NCBI RefSeq assembly: GCF_006345805.1
Contig: NC_043017.1
Location: 33,108,001-33,172,000, forward strand
Origin: Octopus sinensis
Lineage: Eukaryota
DNA length: 64,000 nt
Direction of reading: 5' to 3'
Position numbers and translations under genes: made by a program. Shown here piece by piece: positions 24,736-38,571 of this stretch. Each line of letters begins with the position of its first letter. The first letter of the stretch is position 1. The notes beneath the pieces were generated by a model. It was given only the letters and a program-made list of their open reading frames with translations. It was not told where the DNA came from and searched no databases.

Positions 24736-25964
24736 TTACTTTCACCTGTAATCAATATTGATGAAAAATTAGAAAACCTACAGATCAAATTCAAAGGGAT
24801 TTTGTTTTGTTTTTCGGAAACATAATCTACTCATTTGTATCTTTAATAATCACTACCCAGAAAAGAAAATTATTGATTTGTCTCTGCAAAATCACCGAAT
24901 ACTGAAACGTAACCAAGAATGTTTCAAACTGTTACAAAGAAGTATGTAGTATGGTCCTGTGCATATGAGAAGTGACTATAATTCCTCTTTCATAGTTGAC
25001 GGCGAATGCAATGTCTTTCAACTTAAGATCATAAAGTAACTTACGTTATAAATGTTAGGAAAACAGTTTCCAAATTCTAAATCAAAAATGGATTTCGAAA
25101 ATTGGGCGATTATTACTAGATTTTCAGCATGTTAGTGGGAAGTAAAGTGATCACTGTAAATGCAACTTTTAAAATCAATAAAATATATGAATAAACATAT
25201 TATAAATGTAATTATGTCACTACGACTGTCACAGACAAAACAAAATCCAAGTGCAATGATGTAAATAATAGAAAAAGTACTTTAATAGACGCTAACTTTC
25301 AGCAGCCATGGCCCCGTGGAAGGTGTTATAGCTTAGATTATAGTACTCATGTGCCTCTGTTCAACAGGTAATGTTCTATTTAGAAGGACATTAGTATGTT
25401 TGCTTTGATGGTGACAAAGATACTAAATCAATTATGGACGAAAGTTAACCGCGAATAGAATGCCTTCTCCAAAGAATATGCTATTTACTATCCTGATTTC
25501 CCAGAGCTTACTTAATACGTGAGAACGAAGCGTGTAAGTATAGAATGGGAGACAATAGACTAATAGATTAGAAGTATTTCTTAGAGACATATAGCATTTG
25601 TATTACAGGTGCTACATAATTTCAAGGGATGAAAATTAAGTGACAGTTTTGTAATTTTCTGTTGAGGATCCGAGGAAATACTAACAAAAAATTAAATATA
25701 TCCATGTTTCCATAATATTGAGGCAATGAACTACGTAGGAAAAAATGTTATTTGCTTTCTCATTCCTGAAATCAATCCAGAGCTGAATTATGATTTAATG
25801 CCTTCGAAGAACAAGCTTCAGACGACCAAATGAACACCTTATTAAGAACCAAAACCATTGGCTTCATGCGATGTGAATTTATTTTACGGGAAATCGACCC
25901 ATTTTGAATAATTATCAGTATGTAACTATGGCTAAAATAAATATTGGTTTCAACTTTTGACACA

Positions 25965-26365
25965 TGGCCAACAGTTACTTGGGAGCGGGTAACTTGAATT
26001 ATATCGACGCCAGTGTTCAACTGGTACTTATTGTATCAACCCCAAATGGATGAAAAGCAAAGTCGATCCCAGCGGAATTTGAACTCAGAATATAAAGTCT
26101 AAGAAATGCCGCTAAGCATTGTGTCCAGCGCGGTAAAAATCCTGCCAGCACTTTGCTTACGGTTAAAATAAATATTTGTTCCAAATTTTGGCACAAGGCC
26201 ATCAAGTTCGAGGGAGCGGAGTAAGTCCGTTACATCGATGATAGTGTTCAACTGGTACTTTCTATCGACCCCACCAAAAGGGAAGAAAGGCAATGTTGAC
26301 CCCCAGCGGCATAACCATTAAGTATTTTGTCCGGAGTGGTAACGATTATGCCATTTCGCCACCTC
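25965..26365 (-). mobile_element. Two older, degraded SINE-A copies
   Basis: Repeated CAGTGTTCAACTGGTACTT and GGAATTTGAACTCAGAA motifs. Confidence 0.65.
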
Positions 26366-26384
26366 ACAGCTAAAACAAAATATT

Positions 26385-26950
26385 CTTTTCTACTCTAGGT
26401 ACAAGGCCAAAAGTTTTGGGGGAGGGGGCTAGTTGATTAGATCGACACCAGTACGAAACTGGTACTTAATTTATCGATTCCCGAAAGGATCGAAGGCAAA
26501 GTCGACCTCGGCGGAATTTGAACTCAGAACGTAGCGGCAGGCGAAATATCTATTTCTTTACTACCTACAAGGGGCTAAACACAGAGACGATAAAGAAGGA
26601 CAAACAAACGGTTTAAGTCGATTATATAGACCCCAGTGCGTAACTGGTACTTATTTAATCGACCCCGAAAGGATGAAAGGCAAAACGTAGCGGCAGACGA
26701 AATACTGCTAGCGTTCCTTATTTCTTTATTGCTCACAAGGGGCTAAACACAGAGGGGACAAACAAGGACAGACAAACGGATTAAGTCGATTATATCGACC
26801 CCAGTGCATAACTGGTCCTTAATTTATCGACTCCGAAAGGATGAAAGGCAAAGTCGACCTCGGCGGAATTCGAACTCAGAACGTAACGGCAGATGATATA
26901 ACGCTAAGCATTTCGTCCGGCGTGCTAGCATTTCTGCCAGCTCGCCGCCT
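26385..26950 (-). mobile_element. SINE-A trimer (a + deleted a + b) with TSD
   Basis: One head at 26950, two 'a' tails and a final 'b' tail; TSD CTAAAACAAAATATT on both sides. Confidence 0.85.
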
Positions 26951-27829
26951 TAACTAAAACAAAATATTGGTACAAAAAAATGGTTGATTCTTCGAGATTT
27001 TGGAAATTTACAAGTTCACAGAAAATGAACAAATACATTTTCTTTCATTAAAAATGTATACAGGATAAATAAAGTTCCAAAGGTATCTTTCCAACAAAAA
27101 AAAAAGTTATCCATATTAATAAGTTATTTACCACTATTTCTTTCCCAAATTTTTAGAAAGATTTGATCCAGCTAAACATATCAATATGGCGTCATACAAT
27201 CATATATATGTTAAGATTGTAATAGCAAACGTTTTAGATGCAACATTTACGTTCTTACTTACAGAGTGGGATAACAGCTTAATTTGCTTTAGGAATTCTC
27301 AAGATGTTGCTTACTGTGGGTTTTTTTCAATACGGAAAAAAGTTGCTTACAGTTTTTGAACCGTACGATTACTTGGAATGAGATGCGCAAAGCTCATCAT
27401 TTCCTGTTTGAAGTATGGAGAGAACATCAAGAGGTTTACGAAAGTCGTAGTCAGAACGTTTGAATCATCTCTTCCATTTAAAGGAAATTCTATAGTTTTG
27501 GTGGAAATCTTAAATATTTCCTGTAATCAAACGAAAGAACAAAGATTGTCGACGCCAGTTTTATATCAGTATAGAGGGTCATTTAAGGTCCTGCAACTGA
27601 CAGGAAGAAAAAACATAAGTATAAAAGTCACATCCAGAAATTCGTGGAAACAGAAACGGCAAAAATATTCTCTACCTAACCAAAAATTCTTCGGTTTTTT
27701 TTTCTTTAAATTTCATCTCGTTTTAATTATTGTACATTTTGGAGCATTTTAATTTTTTTCTGTGCAAATGTCTCTATGCATGCATCTGTGTATATATAGA
27801 TGTACGCAAATGTGTGTGCATATACACGC

Positions 27830-27860
<31 letters not shown>

Positions 27861-28137
27861 AAAGAGAGAGAAAGAGAGAGAGAGTCTGTGTGTATATGTA
27901 TGCACGTGAGCGTACCTTTAGAATTCTAAATATGTTCTATTTATTATGGAACTTCTCTCACCCCATCTTTCATAATTTGTAAGCATTCTTCTTCTTCACA
28001 CTCTATGTTATCTTCTTTTTCTTCGTAACCCCAAATGAAAGTTCTCTATTTTTGGTTTCTCTTCGAGCCTTTGTTGCTAATAAAGTAAAAAGAAATCATA
28101 TCATTAGTTTCAATTAAGGGTTTAATGAATGCTAGAA

Positions 28138-28369
28138 AGGCGGCGAGCTGGCAGAGTCGTTAGCACGCCGAGCGAAATGCGTAGCGGTATTTCGTCTGCC
28201 GTTACGTTCTGAGTTCAAATTCCGCCGAGGTCGACTTTGCCTTTCATTCTTTCGGGTTCGATTAAATAAGTACCAGTTACGCACTGGGGTCGATATAATC
28301 GACTTAATCCGTTTGTCTGTCCTTGTTTGTTCTCTCTGTATTTAGCCCCTTGTGGGTAGTAAAGAAATA
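28138..28369 (+). mobile_element. SINE-A ('a' tail) with 19-bp TSD
   Basis: TSD GGTTTAATGAATGCTAGAA at 28119-28137 and 28370-28388. Confidence 0.93.
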
Positions 28370-28584
28370 GGTTTAATGAATGCTAGAATCTGTACGACAC
28401 GTAAAAATATTTTTGTATTTAGTTCCACCCCTTTAGGCTCCTGGTTCGAATCCCTCCGTGCTAGCCATTGTTCTTCCACTTTCTGAGAGCAATTAAATCA
28501 GAATTTGTTAAATGCCGATGTAAAACCAGTCATAAAATTATTCCACGGTAGTATAAGCTGAGCATAAATAAATCATTGTTAACA

Positions 28585-28785
28585 ATATTGGTTTCAAATT
28601 TTGGTACAAGCCCAGCAATTTCAGTGGGTGGGGAGTTAGTCGATTAAATCGACCCCAGTGCTCAACAAGTACTTATGTTATTGAGTCCAAAGGGATGAAA
28701 AGCAAAGTCGACCTCGGTAGAATTTGAACTCGGAACGTAAAGACGGGTGAAATGACGCTAAACTTGTTCCCGGCGTGCCAACGAT
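28585..28785 (-). mobile_element. SINE-A 'b' copy
   Basis: AAGTCGACCTCGG...ATTTGAACTC and TTTTGGTACAAGCCC tail motif. Confidence 0.7.
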
Positions 28786-30079
28786 AATCGTTAACAAAAT
28801 TATTACCATGTTACCATATTAAACTTATGAATAACCATTGTAATATAAATTTGTTTTTGTTGGTGTGGTTGTTGTTGAATGAAGCCTGCAATCGAGATAT
28901 GGCCATGCTGTGCTTTGCAGATATATTTTATCTTGGATTATTGTCCGTTCAAATAAAGGAAAATTTATTACTATTTCTTTTATGTCGAGTGTCCATTTAT
29001 AATTTTACTCAATGACTGTCATATAGTGTTATCAAAAGTATTAAATGCCGTTAGTTTCCATATCATAATAAAACAATGGACTACGACACCAACAGAGAGA
29101 TATAACTCCAAGATGCATCAAGTACTCCCTCAAAGAATCGTATTTCGTATAACAATGTTATATACAAACATGGTTTGTTTAATCAGCTTTCAGCTTTTGA
29201 TTAGTTCTGAAAAATCAAAATGAATTCAATCAAATTTAAATTTAATTTATTTAACTTTTGAGGTTATTGATCACAAGGGCCTCTACATCTATGATCTTTT
29301 TTTATGATGGCAACAAATTAGACGTGTTGCCGCTATCAGTTTCAGATTATTGGAAAGATCAGTCCATGAAACTGGAAAAAAAACAAAGATCATACAACCT
29401 GCTTAGGATCTAATATCTAAAAATCAATGTAAAACTAAAAGGTTTTATTTCAATTTGAATATTATTGGGTATTTTTTTACCTCGAGGTCAATGTACCGAT
29501 GCGTTCATTTCATTCATATAAATACTTTTGGGAATTCACTTTCATATAATAGTTATATCTATTCAGCCGCCATTTTTTGTTCACAATTCAGTTCTAAACA
29601 ATTCTCGAAGCTAAATTTTATTTCATATCAATAATTAATCAAACAGCATGGGCGCAGGTATGGCTGTAATATTAAGAAATTTGTTTCACAATCTTGTGGC
29701 TGTAGTTTCGATCCCTCTTCTGCTATAGCTTCTTGCTTACCAATATCGTCTGAATGAAATCCAATAAACGAACACTGTTTGAAAGCTTTTCGTAAAGAGA
29801 TACGAAATACGTGTGAGTGAGAGTGTTTATATCAACACGAGGCCATAACCGTTATTCTTTGTGGTATTTCAGTAAAATTCTATTAAATCAGTGATTGTAT
29901 GACACGGTGTTTTCTATACATTGCAAGCGAGGTAAACTGCTGCCAGGCCTGACAACGAGTACCCACCACCAACGAGTTCCAATACAAATTGAAACCAACC
30001 ACATCCGACACTTCCAAAGTTTGTTTACTACATATATATATATATATATATATAGTCAATTCATTTAAACAATCACTTT

Positions 30080-30230
30080 TCAAATAAACAAATAATAAAA
30101 TTAACGGACAAAAGAACATACACAGGGAATGTATTAGTTTGACACACGATAAAAAATGAGAGTTTGACGTTTTGAGCATAGCTCTTCGTCGGAAAAGAGA
30201 TAGGGGAAAAAACAAAAGAAAGAAAAGAAA
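30080..30230 (-). mobile_element. PLE-type terminal fragment with degenerate hammerhead-like motif (30163-30195)
   Basis: Minus strand TTT-CCGACGA-A-GAGC-TAT-GCTC-AAAAC-GTC-AAA; the GAAA box is mutated to AAAA. Confidence 0.5.
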
Positions 30231-30791
30231 TCGCCAACTGAACGTGTGTAGTTACAACATACGCACACAACATGATTTCACCCATTTTGCATCTACCAAA
30301 TCGTTCACAAAGCTTTAGTCGCCCCGGGGCTATTTTACAAGCCCAAGGTGCTATTCTGTTGCAACTGAACACGAAACCACACAGTGTTGAAGCGTGCCTC
30401 TTAACCACATTGCCATAAAATATATAATAGCTAAAATAATTATTTTATTGCAGTAGTTTATTTCATTTTCTAGAAAACTGGGTTTTTAAACATACTGTTC
30501 TAATTTACATAATTACTTTAAACAGATTATTTTTCAAATTAGTAAAATTTCCAATGTCTTGTTCAGTGCCTGTAGATATGCAATATTCCTAGATGGTCTG
30601 TTAAGAGCTAAAACGAACAATTTTCAGCAATTTTAATATCATCAGCAGTTGTGTTTTTCTTTTTGAAATTATGTTTTCCCGTGAGAAGTATTTACTAACT
30701 GGGAGCACAATATGGAACGTATTCGCTTTGAAACAGGCAGAGATATCTTATGATGGCTCTACCTCTTTCAAAACACACACGCACACACATG

Positions 30792-30824
<33 letters not shown>

Positions 30825-31134
30825 CTGTGTGTGTGTGTGTAATGACTGAGGAAAACAGAAAATGGAGTTCGCAAGAATCTTTATTCAACATGACCATTTC
30901 GATCTACGCTGCATCTTTCCCTTGCGGGTGGGATACTGTAAACATGGTTGTCTGTGGCATCCTTCATTGCAAAATAAATCTCATTAATTTTTTCTTTTTA
31001 AATAGTATACTTCGCTAAATACACGCGGTTTCGCTTGATATGTTGTCACGATTATGTCGTATATCTATATCTATATCTATCTATTTATCTGTGCAGCCCT
31101 GTGTGGCCAATAAAGAAACTTATCTATCTATCTA

Positions 31135-31206
<72 letters not shown>

Positions 31207-31239
31207 ATCTATCTATCTATCAATCAATCAATCTATCTA

Positions 31240-31274
<35 letters not shown>

Positions 31275-31310
31275 ATCTATCTATATCTATCTATCTATCT
31301 ATCTATCTAC

Positions 31311-31412
<102 letters not shown>

Positions 31413-31419
31413 CTATCTA

Positions 31420-31516
<97 letters not shown>

Positions 31517-31552
31517 CTCTCTCTCTATATATATATATATGTATGTGTATAT

Positions 31553-31866
31553 AAAATAGATACATTGTCCATAACCATTATAATTTTTTCACAACACGCA
31601 CGCTACTCAAAAAAGGGTCGACAGAATTTTTTGAAAAATTCCATTATTACCATTTCGGACCGATTTCAGGGTTAGTTCGTAAGAACCCTGAAATCGATTT
31701 CTTTGCCACATTTATCACTGACAAAGGGAGGGTTCTTCCGAACTAACTCTGAAATCGGTCCGATATGGTAATAATGGAATTTTTTAGAAATTTCTGTTGA
31801 CCTTTGTTTTGAGTATCGTGCATATTGTGAAAATATTATAATTGTTATGGACAATGTGTCTGTTTT
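31553..31866. mobile_element. Foldback/MITE-like palindrome (copy 1)
   Basis: About 135-bp imperfect inverted arms around a 39-bp spacer. Confidence 0.8.
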
Positions 31867-32000
31867 CGGGATATTTGGGATTAGAAATTTTTTTGTTTGC
31901 CCTTATTTATTATTTGTTTATTAATTTAACCTTTGAAAGTATTTTTTAATATGCTGGCCATTGATAAAATTTTTTTCGAAAAAAATTTATCCTACATTAA

Positions 32001-32034
<34 letters not shown>

Positions 32035-32343
32035 CTGTGTGTGTGTGTGTAATGACTGAGGAAAACAGAAAATGGAGTTCGCAAGAATCTTTATTCAACA
32101 TGACCATTTCGATCTACGCTGCATCTTTCCCTTGCGGGTGGGATACTGTAAACATGGTTGTCTGTGGCATCCTTCATTGCAAAATAAATCTCATTAATTT
32201 TTTCTTTTTAAATAGTATACTTCGCTAAATACACGCGGTTTCGCTTGATATGTTGTCACGATTATGTCGTATATCTATATCTATATCTATCTATTTATCT
32301 GTGCAGCCCTGTGTGGCCAATAAAGAACTTATCTATCTATCTA

Positions 32344-32431
<88 letters not shown>

Positions 32432-32440
32432 AATCAATCA

Positions 32441-32486
<46 letters not shown>

Positions 32487-32522
32487 ATCTATCTATATCT
32501 ATCTATCTATCTATCTATCTAC

Positions 32523-32624
<102 letters not shown>

Positions 32625-32631
32625 CTATCTA

Positions 32632-32701
<70 letters not shown>

Positions 32702-32764
32702 CTATCTATCTATCTATATCTATCTATCTCTCTCTCTCTAATATATATATATGTATGTGTATAT

Positions 32765-33078
32765 AAAATAGATACATTGTCCATAACCATTATAATTTTT
32801 TCACAACACGCACGCTACTCAAAAAAGGGTCGACAGAATTTTTTGAAAAATTCCATTATTACCATTTCGGACCGATTTCAGGGTTAGTTCGTAAGAACCC
32901 TGAAATCGATTTCTTTGCCACATTTATCACTGACAAAGGGAGGGTTCTTCCGAACTAACTCTGAAATCGGTCCGATATGGTAATAATGGAATTTTTTAGA
33001 AATTTCTGTTGACCTTTGTTTTGAGTATCGTGCATATTGTGAAAATATTATAATTGTTATGGACAATGTGTCTGTTTT
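32765..33078. mobile_element. Foldback/MITE-like palindrome (copy 2)
   Basis: Duplicate of 31553-31866. Confidence 0.8.
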
Positions 33079-33239
33079 CGGGATATTTGGGATTAGAAAT
33101 TTTTTTGTTTGCCCTTATTTATTATTTGTTTATTAATTTAACCTTTGAAAGTATTTTTTAATATGCTGGCCATTGATAAAATTTTTTTCGAAAAAAATTT
33201 ATCCTACATTAAATATATATATTATATATATATATATAT

Positions 33240-33530
33240 GTGTGTGGTGTTGTGTGTGTGTGTGTTGTGTGTGTGTGTGTGTGTGTGTTGTGTGTGTGTG
33301 TGTGTGTGTGTGTGTTGTGTGTGTGTCGTGTGTCTGTGTTTGTCCCCCAACATCGCTTGACAACCGATGCTGGTGCGTTTACGTCCCCGTAACTTAGCGG
33401 TTCGACAAAAAGATATCGTTAGAATAAGTACTAGGCTTACAAAGAATAAGTCCTGGAGTCGATTTGCTCGACTAAAGGTGGTGCTCCAGCATGGCCTCAG
33501 TCAAATTACTGAAACAAGTAAAAGAGTAAC
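33240..33530 (+). mobile_element. SINE-B 3' half
   Basis: (TG)n followed by CATCGCTTGACAACCGATGCTGG...GAAACAAGTAAAAGAG. Confidence 0.85.
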
Positions 33531-33608
33531 ACAGAGATAGGTACATCATCAGAATTTTTTTCCCTTTAATTTTACAGTTGGTCTTACAGCATATTTATTT
33601 GGTTACAA

Positions 33609-33695
33609 TGACCGACACGTGTTTCTGCTGCACAGCGTATGTGCAGTTGCGCATTCAACCCAGCATAATATCCTGTGCACCTTCATTCAGGGTCA
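33609..33695 (-). ncRNA. Type I hammerhead ribozyme-like motif (core with 1-nt insertion)
   Basis: Minus strand TGACC-CTGAATGA-AGG-TGCACAG...CTGTGCA-GCA-GAAAC-ACGT-GTC-GGTCA. Stem I is a perfect 5 bp and stem III is the palindrome ACACGTGT. Confidence 0.6.
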
Positions 33696-34833
33696 AATAG
33701 CAAGCGTGATTCGAAGCGAAATAAATTTATTGTCATGTGGGATGTGGGGCAAAAAAGTCTTTCCGTAAATGGTAGATGAAAAACAAGAAAGAAAGAAAAA
33801 TAAAAGCAGTAGAAATGCATGAACGATTTTGGTGGTGCCATGAAGTAAATATGCTTCAGATACACTCGTTTATTTATACGAACGGAACTGAGATGAAATA
33901 TGTCATAAATAACAGTCACAAACGAAATATACACCGCCAGAAGTTGTTGTTGACAAACACCGGCAGTAAGTTTATTTAGTTGAATACACGTCGTTGATTG
34001 GTTGAAATTACCGAAATACGACTACTTTAATACGAAATAATCTTGAAAACATAAACTTTTCTCAGCAACACTAAGAGTAATAGATGTTTTATATGACACA
34101 AATTGACCAGTGTCCGAAGTTTGAAAGTGTTTAGTTACAAAAAATTAATTTCTCGATCTGCCGTTCAAAGAGAAAAGATCCAAAATCTTTAGTTTGGTAT
34201 TATTTGAAATACGTTATTCCCATGACGCACCATAGTTAAAATTACCTAATTTAAATCTTCTTTTTCAAGTGTGGTGACACAGTAATTAAGAACGGATTTG
34301 CTGTATCCTAAGAACAGAATTAGATTGAAGTTAATTTCTTCACTGCTGAGAAGTACCGAATCCCTACACGCAGTCAAAAATGTAAAAAGTTCACACAAAA
34401 TTCAGACAGATTTTTATTTCTGCTCAATATTCTGGCTAATATACGTTTCCTTACAATAACAACGTTTTCAATATCGAATTGAAACATATTCCAAAATAAA
34501 GAAGCGGCTCCTAAGCCATCCCTTAATTTATTTATCTCTTTAAATTTATTTCTGTGTGGATGTTTCTTTCTCTTCGAAATCTGGTTTTAACAGTTTATGT
34601 ACACAAGATTAGAGACAATTTTTATCTTTTTTTTATGTGGTTTCTCAGAATATGATAAGGGAGAAACACCACAAGCGTTAATCTGTCTCAAAGGAAGAAT
34701 ATGCATATACAAAAGCCCATTCGTATATATATATATATATATATATACATACACACACACATATATATATATATATATAATATATATATATATATATCAT
34801 ACACACACACACACACATATATATATATATCAT

Positions 34834-34870
<37 letters not shown>

Positions 34871-34894
34871 CATATACATATGTATATGTATATA

Positions 34895-34982
34895 TGACGC
34901 CATGGTAGATCGTTAGCTCCTACACGCATTTTTTTTCTCCTTGTTTCTCTCCTTGTTTTTTTTCTGTGTATCTTTCTGTCGC
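34895..34982 (+). mobile_element. PLE-type terminal fragment truncated inside the hammerhead core
   Basis: Homologous to 56708-56792; ends at TCTTTCTGTCG. Confidence 0.6.
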
Positions 34983-35559
34983 CTATATATATAACTTCAT
35001 TTATTGATAAAATTATTGTCAATTGTATGAAATTTAGCCTCGAAGAGACTAGATTTCAGAAGTAGGTCGTGAGGAAACAAAAGTGGTGATCATTTTGAGA
35101 GGGGACACTGCTCGTTGCATTACAGACACTCCTTTTCTCGTACGGAATCATTCTATTCCACTTTTCAATCGTTTAGAGAGAAACTAGGATATATAAACAG
35201 ATAACAAACAGATATACAGACAGATAACAAACAGATAACAAACAGATATACAGACAGATATCGTGTGCATCACTTGAAATCTCCTGCCATCTAGTTTGCT
35301 GGCATTCTGAGGGATCAAATGGCAAGGTCGGGCACTTGGATTCAATTCTTAATTAATAAAAAATCCCTGGATGTTTTTACTCCTTTTTCAATAGACTAGA
35401 ATTTTTTACTAAGGTAATCAAGTTCTGTCGCTTATTAAGAGAAATTCTTATTAATTATAACTTGGCACGATGTATTGAATCTGTGAGTTAGCTAGTCTAT
35501 ATTTATTTATCACAGTATCCATCTTCTTCACTAACTCTTTCTTTCTCTCACTCTCCTAG

Positions 35560-35594
<35 letters not shown>

Positions 35595-35595
35595 A

Positions 35596-35631
<36 letters not shown>

Positions 35632-35639
35632 AATTTATA

Positions 35640-35704
<65 letters not shown>

Positions 35705-36175
35705 CTATCTATCTGTCTCTTGTCTTTTCTGTGGGCTTTTCTTTCCACGGATGAACATAATCTTGTTTGTTACTTTGAAAAAAAATTCTTTCTGTGATAC
35801 ACGATCCCTTTTGATCGCTTTTTTTCCCGATCCCTTTTGATCGAAAGTTTACATTTGTTTCCTTTTATTTCTTTTTCCTTTTCCATCTTCGAAAAGAAAA
35901 GCTCTACATTTGTATTTGTCCCCTCTGTGTCCAGCCCTGTGTGGCCAATATGGTTAAAAGTTAAATAGTAAACGAAATTCATTGAATACAAAGCACGTAG
36001 CAGAGATTGATATTGGTTTCGAATTTTGGCACAAGGCCAGCAATTTCGGGTAAAATCTAAGTCGATTATATATGCAGAGGGAACCATAAAAGTAGACTAC
36101 AGGAAAACTAAACGAAATTCACGTGGTTTATATATTCTTCATTTTCTTTTGAACCTCGATAAATTATAGAGACAT

Positions 36176-36177
<2 letters not shown>

Positions 36178-36206
<29 letters not shown>

Positions 36207-36232
36207 TAATAATAATAATAATAGTAATAGTA

Positions 36233-36263
<31 letters not shown>

Positions 36264-36302
36264 TATAATAATAATAATAATAATAATAATGATAATAATA
36301 AT
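36178..36302. repeat. (TAA)n tract at the 5' side of Dong C
   Basis: Direct reading. Confidence 0.95.
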
Positions 36303-36408
36303 GCAGTGATATCGCAAAGGCTGAATAAGCACCTGGACGAAAACAACCTGTTTCCAGAAGAGCAGAAAGGATGCCGCAAAGGCTCATATGGCTGTAAAGA
36401 TCAACTAA
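36303..36408 (+). mobile_element. Dong-like family C, 5' piece (RT)
   Basis: AVISQRLNKHLDENNLFPEEQKGCRKGSYGCKDQL; continues in frame at 38572. Confidence 0.88.
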
Positions 36409-36913
36409 TCTCTTATTATAAAAGGCAGATTTTATCTGCCTCCCTTTGGGAGTTATACAAATCTACAATATAGGATTTCTTCAATTACAATTTACCTTGC
36501 ATTTTTAAGAGTACAATGCATCGCGTCATGCCAGGTCCAGTTTTTAAAATTTAAACTCCATTAAGCAAAATTTACAGAAAACTCACATTCTGGTGGTGTG
36601 TCAAATGCTTTTCTTAGTCTGGTTTACAGCACACGCAAACGCACACACACAGTGGGCAACGAATAAAATGAAAGTAATTGACTTACTGTAGTGAGTGATT
36701 CTTTCACTCTGCCTCCCACTTCCTCTTTCCACAGAGACAAGCAAATATATAAATAAAATTGTAAGCTAACGTGCGTGTGTGTGAGTGGGTGTGTGTGGGT
36801 GTGCGCGTGTGTGTGTGTGTGAGGGTGCATGTGTGTGTGTGTGCGTGTGCGTGAGTGTGTGACAGGAAAGTTTTTTACGACGAATATAACACCTATATCC
36901 AAGTAGCAGAAAG

Positions 36914-37394
36914 ATAAGACAGTAAGGTGTGATTTGAGGGAGATTTGGCTGCTATTTCTACCATGTCTAGCTGCCATGTAGGGGTCTCCCTCATAGGCTC
37001 ATACATACATATATACATAGATAAGACAGTAAGGTGTGATTTGGGGGAATTTGGCTGCTATTTCTACCAGGTCTAGCTGCCATGTAGGGGTCTCCCTCAT
37101 AGGCTCATACATACATATATACATAGATAAGACAGTAAGGTGTGATTTGGGGGAAATTTGGCTGCTGCTTTCTACCAGGTCTAGCTGCCATGTAGGGGTC
37201 TCCCTCATAGGCTCATACATACATATATACATAGATAAGACAGTAAGGTGTGATTTGGGGGAAATTTGGCTGCTATTTCTACCAGGTCTAGCTACCATGT
37301 AGAGGTCCCCCTCATTGGCTCATATATATATATACATACATAAGACAGTAAGGTGTGATTTGAGGGAGATTTGGCTGCTGTTTCTACCAGGTCT
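36914..37394. repeat. Minisatellite, ~106-107 bp unit, 4.5 copies
   Basis: ATAAGACAGTAAGG at 36914, 37021, 37127, 37235 and 37340. Confidence 0.92.
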
Positions 37395-37454
37395 GTTAGG
37401 CCTTCTCATGTAAACTCAAGCTTTCTCATGCCTTCAACATATGACCAAAGCAGA

Positions 37455-37757
37455 GAATGTATTCTTTTATTCTTCTGCTTTTTCCAGCCATTGGTCTGTG
37501 GCCATGCTGGGGCAATGCCTTGAAGAATTGTAGTTTAATGAATCAACTCCAGTTTTATTTTTGTAAGCATTGTACTTATTCTATCTGTTTCCTTTGTCAA
37601 ACCACTAGATGACAGGGATGTAAACAAACCAACATTCGTTGTCAAGCAGTGGTGGAGGACAATCACAAGCACAGACACGCACACACACACACATACATGC
37701 ATACACATATACACACATACATACATACATATATATATATATATGTGTATATATATA
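37455..37757 (-). mobile_element. SINE-B 3' half, degraded
   Basis: GGCCATGCTGGGGCA and GTTGTCAAGC motifs in reverse. Confidence 0.7.
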
Positions 37758-37998
37758 TTGCAGGTGTTTGTAAGCCATTTAAAAACACACAAAAACCGTT
37801 ACATTCACTTCAACATTTAAATTTAATTTGCCAAAATATTTTCGTCGCTTTCAGACCGCGACCTGTTCACTGACAAAAATATCGTGCTAACAGGTCGCGG
37901 TCTCAAAGCGACGAAAATATTTTGACAAATTAAATTTTAATGTTGAAGTGAATCTAACGGTTTTTGTGTGTTTCTAAATGGCTTATAAACACCTTCAA
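37758..37998. mobile_element. Foldback palindrome
   Basis: About 110-bp imperfect inverted arms around a 21-bp spacer CACTGACAAAAATATCGTGCT. Confidence 0.8.
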
Positions 37999-38082
37999 CG
38001 CTGCAACTGTTTTCGTTCCAGCACACGATCTCAGATCAAGTCACTTGCTATGCAAGTACATCTCTGTAACTATATATATATT

Positions 38083-38113
<31 letters not shown>

Positions 38114-38176
38114 TGGTAAAAACAGTAAGATAACAAAAGAAAGAAAGAGACCTCAATATTATGTAAATAGAGGAAA

Positions 38177-38571
38177 TCTTTATATATAAAAGTGAGGTTG
38201 TGTGTCTGTCTCCTACGATTTACATTCCTAACTACTCCCACATTTTGCGGTGCAGTTTAACCAAAACCGGGTATCTTATAGTCGTGATTCATATCGAGAC
38301 CGTCTGGGTATTAGCGCGCGTCTACGATGAGTCTACGATTTAAAAAAAAAATTTACCATCAATTTTTCCCATTTTTAATCCATTTTGACATATATAAGGG
38401 AAGTAACTCTCTAAAATTTATTATTAAATCTCAGAACGTAAAAAGCTACAGTAACACCCCTCCCCCTTTGTGGTTAGCCATATTGAGATGGCTATTATAC
38501 TTTACATCTCTAAAAATGCTTATATAATTATTTCCCTTACAAACCCGAGCAACGCCGGGCGATACTGCTAG
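38177..38571 (+). mobile_element. Short non-autonomous Helitron (395 bp) supplying the 3' end
   Basis: A|TCTTTATATATAAAAG 5' end; CCCGAGCAACGCCGGG hairpin 8 nt before CTAG|T. Confidence 0.85.

Larger units (their letters stand above)
36409..38571 (+). mobile_element. Composite non-autonomous Helitron (2163 bp)
   Basis: Starts TC(TCTTATTATAAAAG), ends with a hairpin plus CTAG, and is inserted between A and T with no TSD. Removing it restores the Dong ORF in frame. Confidence 0.8.

Noticed and set aside
25305-25371. Possible short exon (CTAAC...TTTCAG acceptor; AG|GTAATG donor)
   Set aside because: No recognisable peptide or partner exons; such signals arise by chance.
27350-27752. 124-aa ORF, and an alternative-frame peptide FLNRTITWNEMRKAHHFLFEVW
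   Set aside because: No recognisable homology or supporting gene structure.
28430-28470. GGTTCGAATCCC T-loop/B-box motif
   Set aside because: No D-arm or anticodon arm upstream.
36914-37394. Regularly spaced repeats superficially like a CRISPR array
   Set aside because: The whole unit repeats, there are no unique spacers or cas genes, and the context is eukaryotic.
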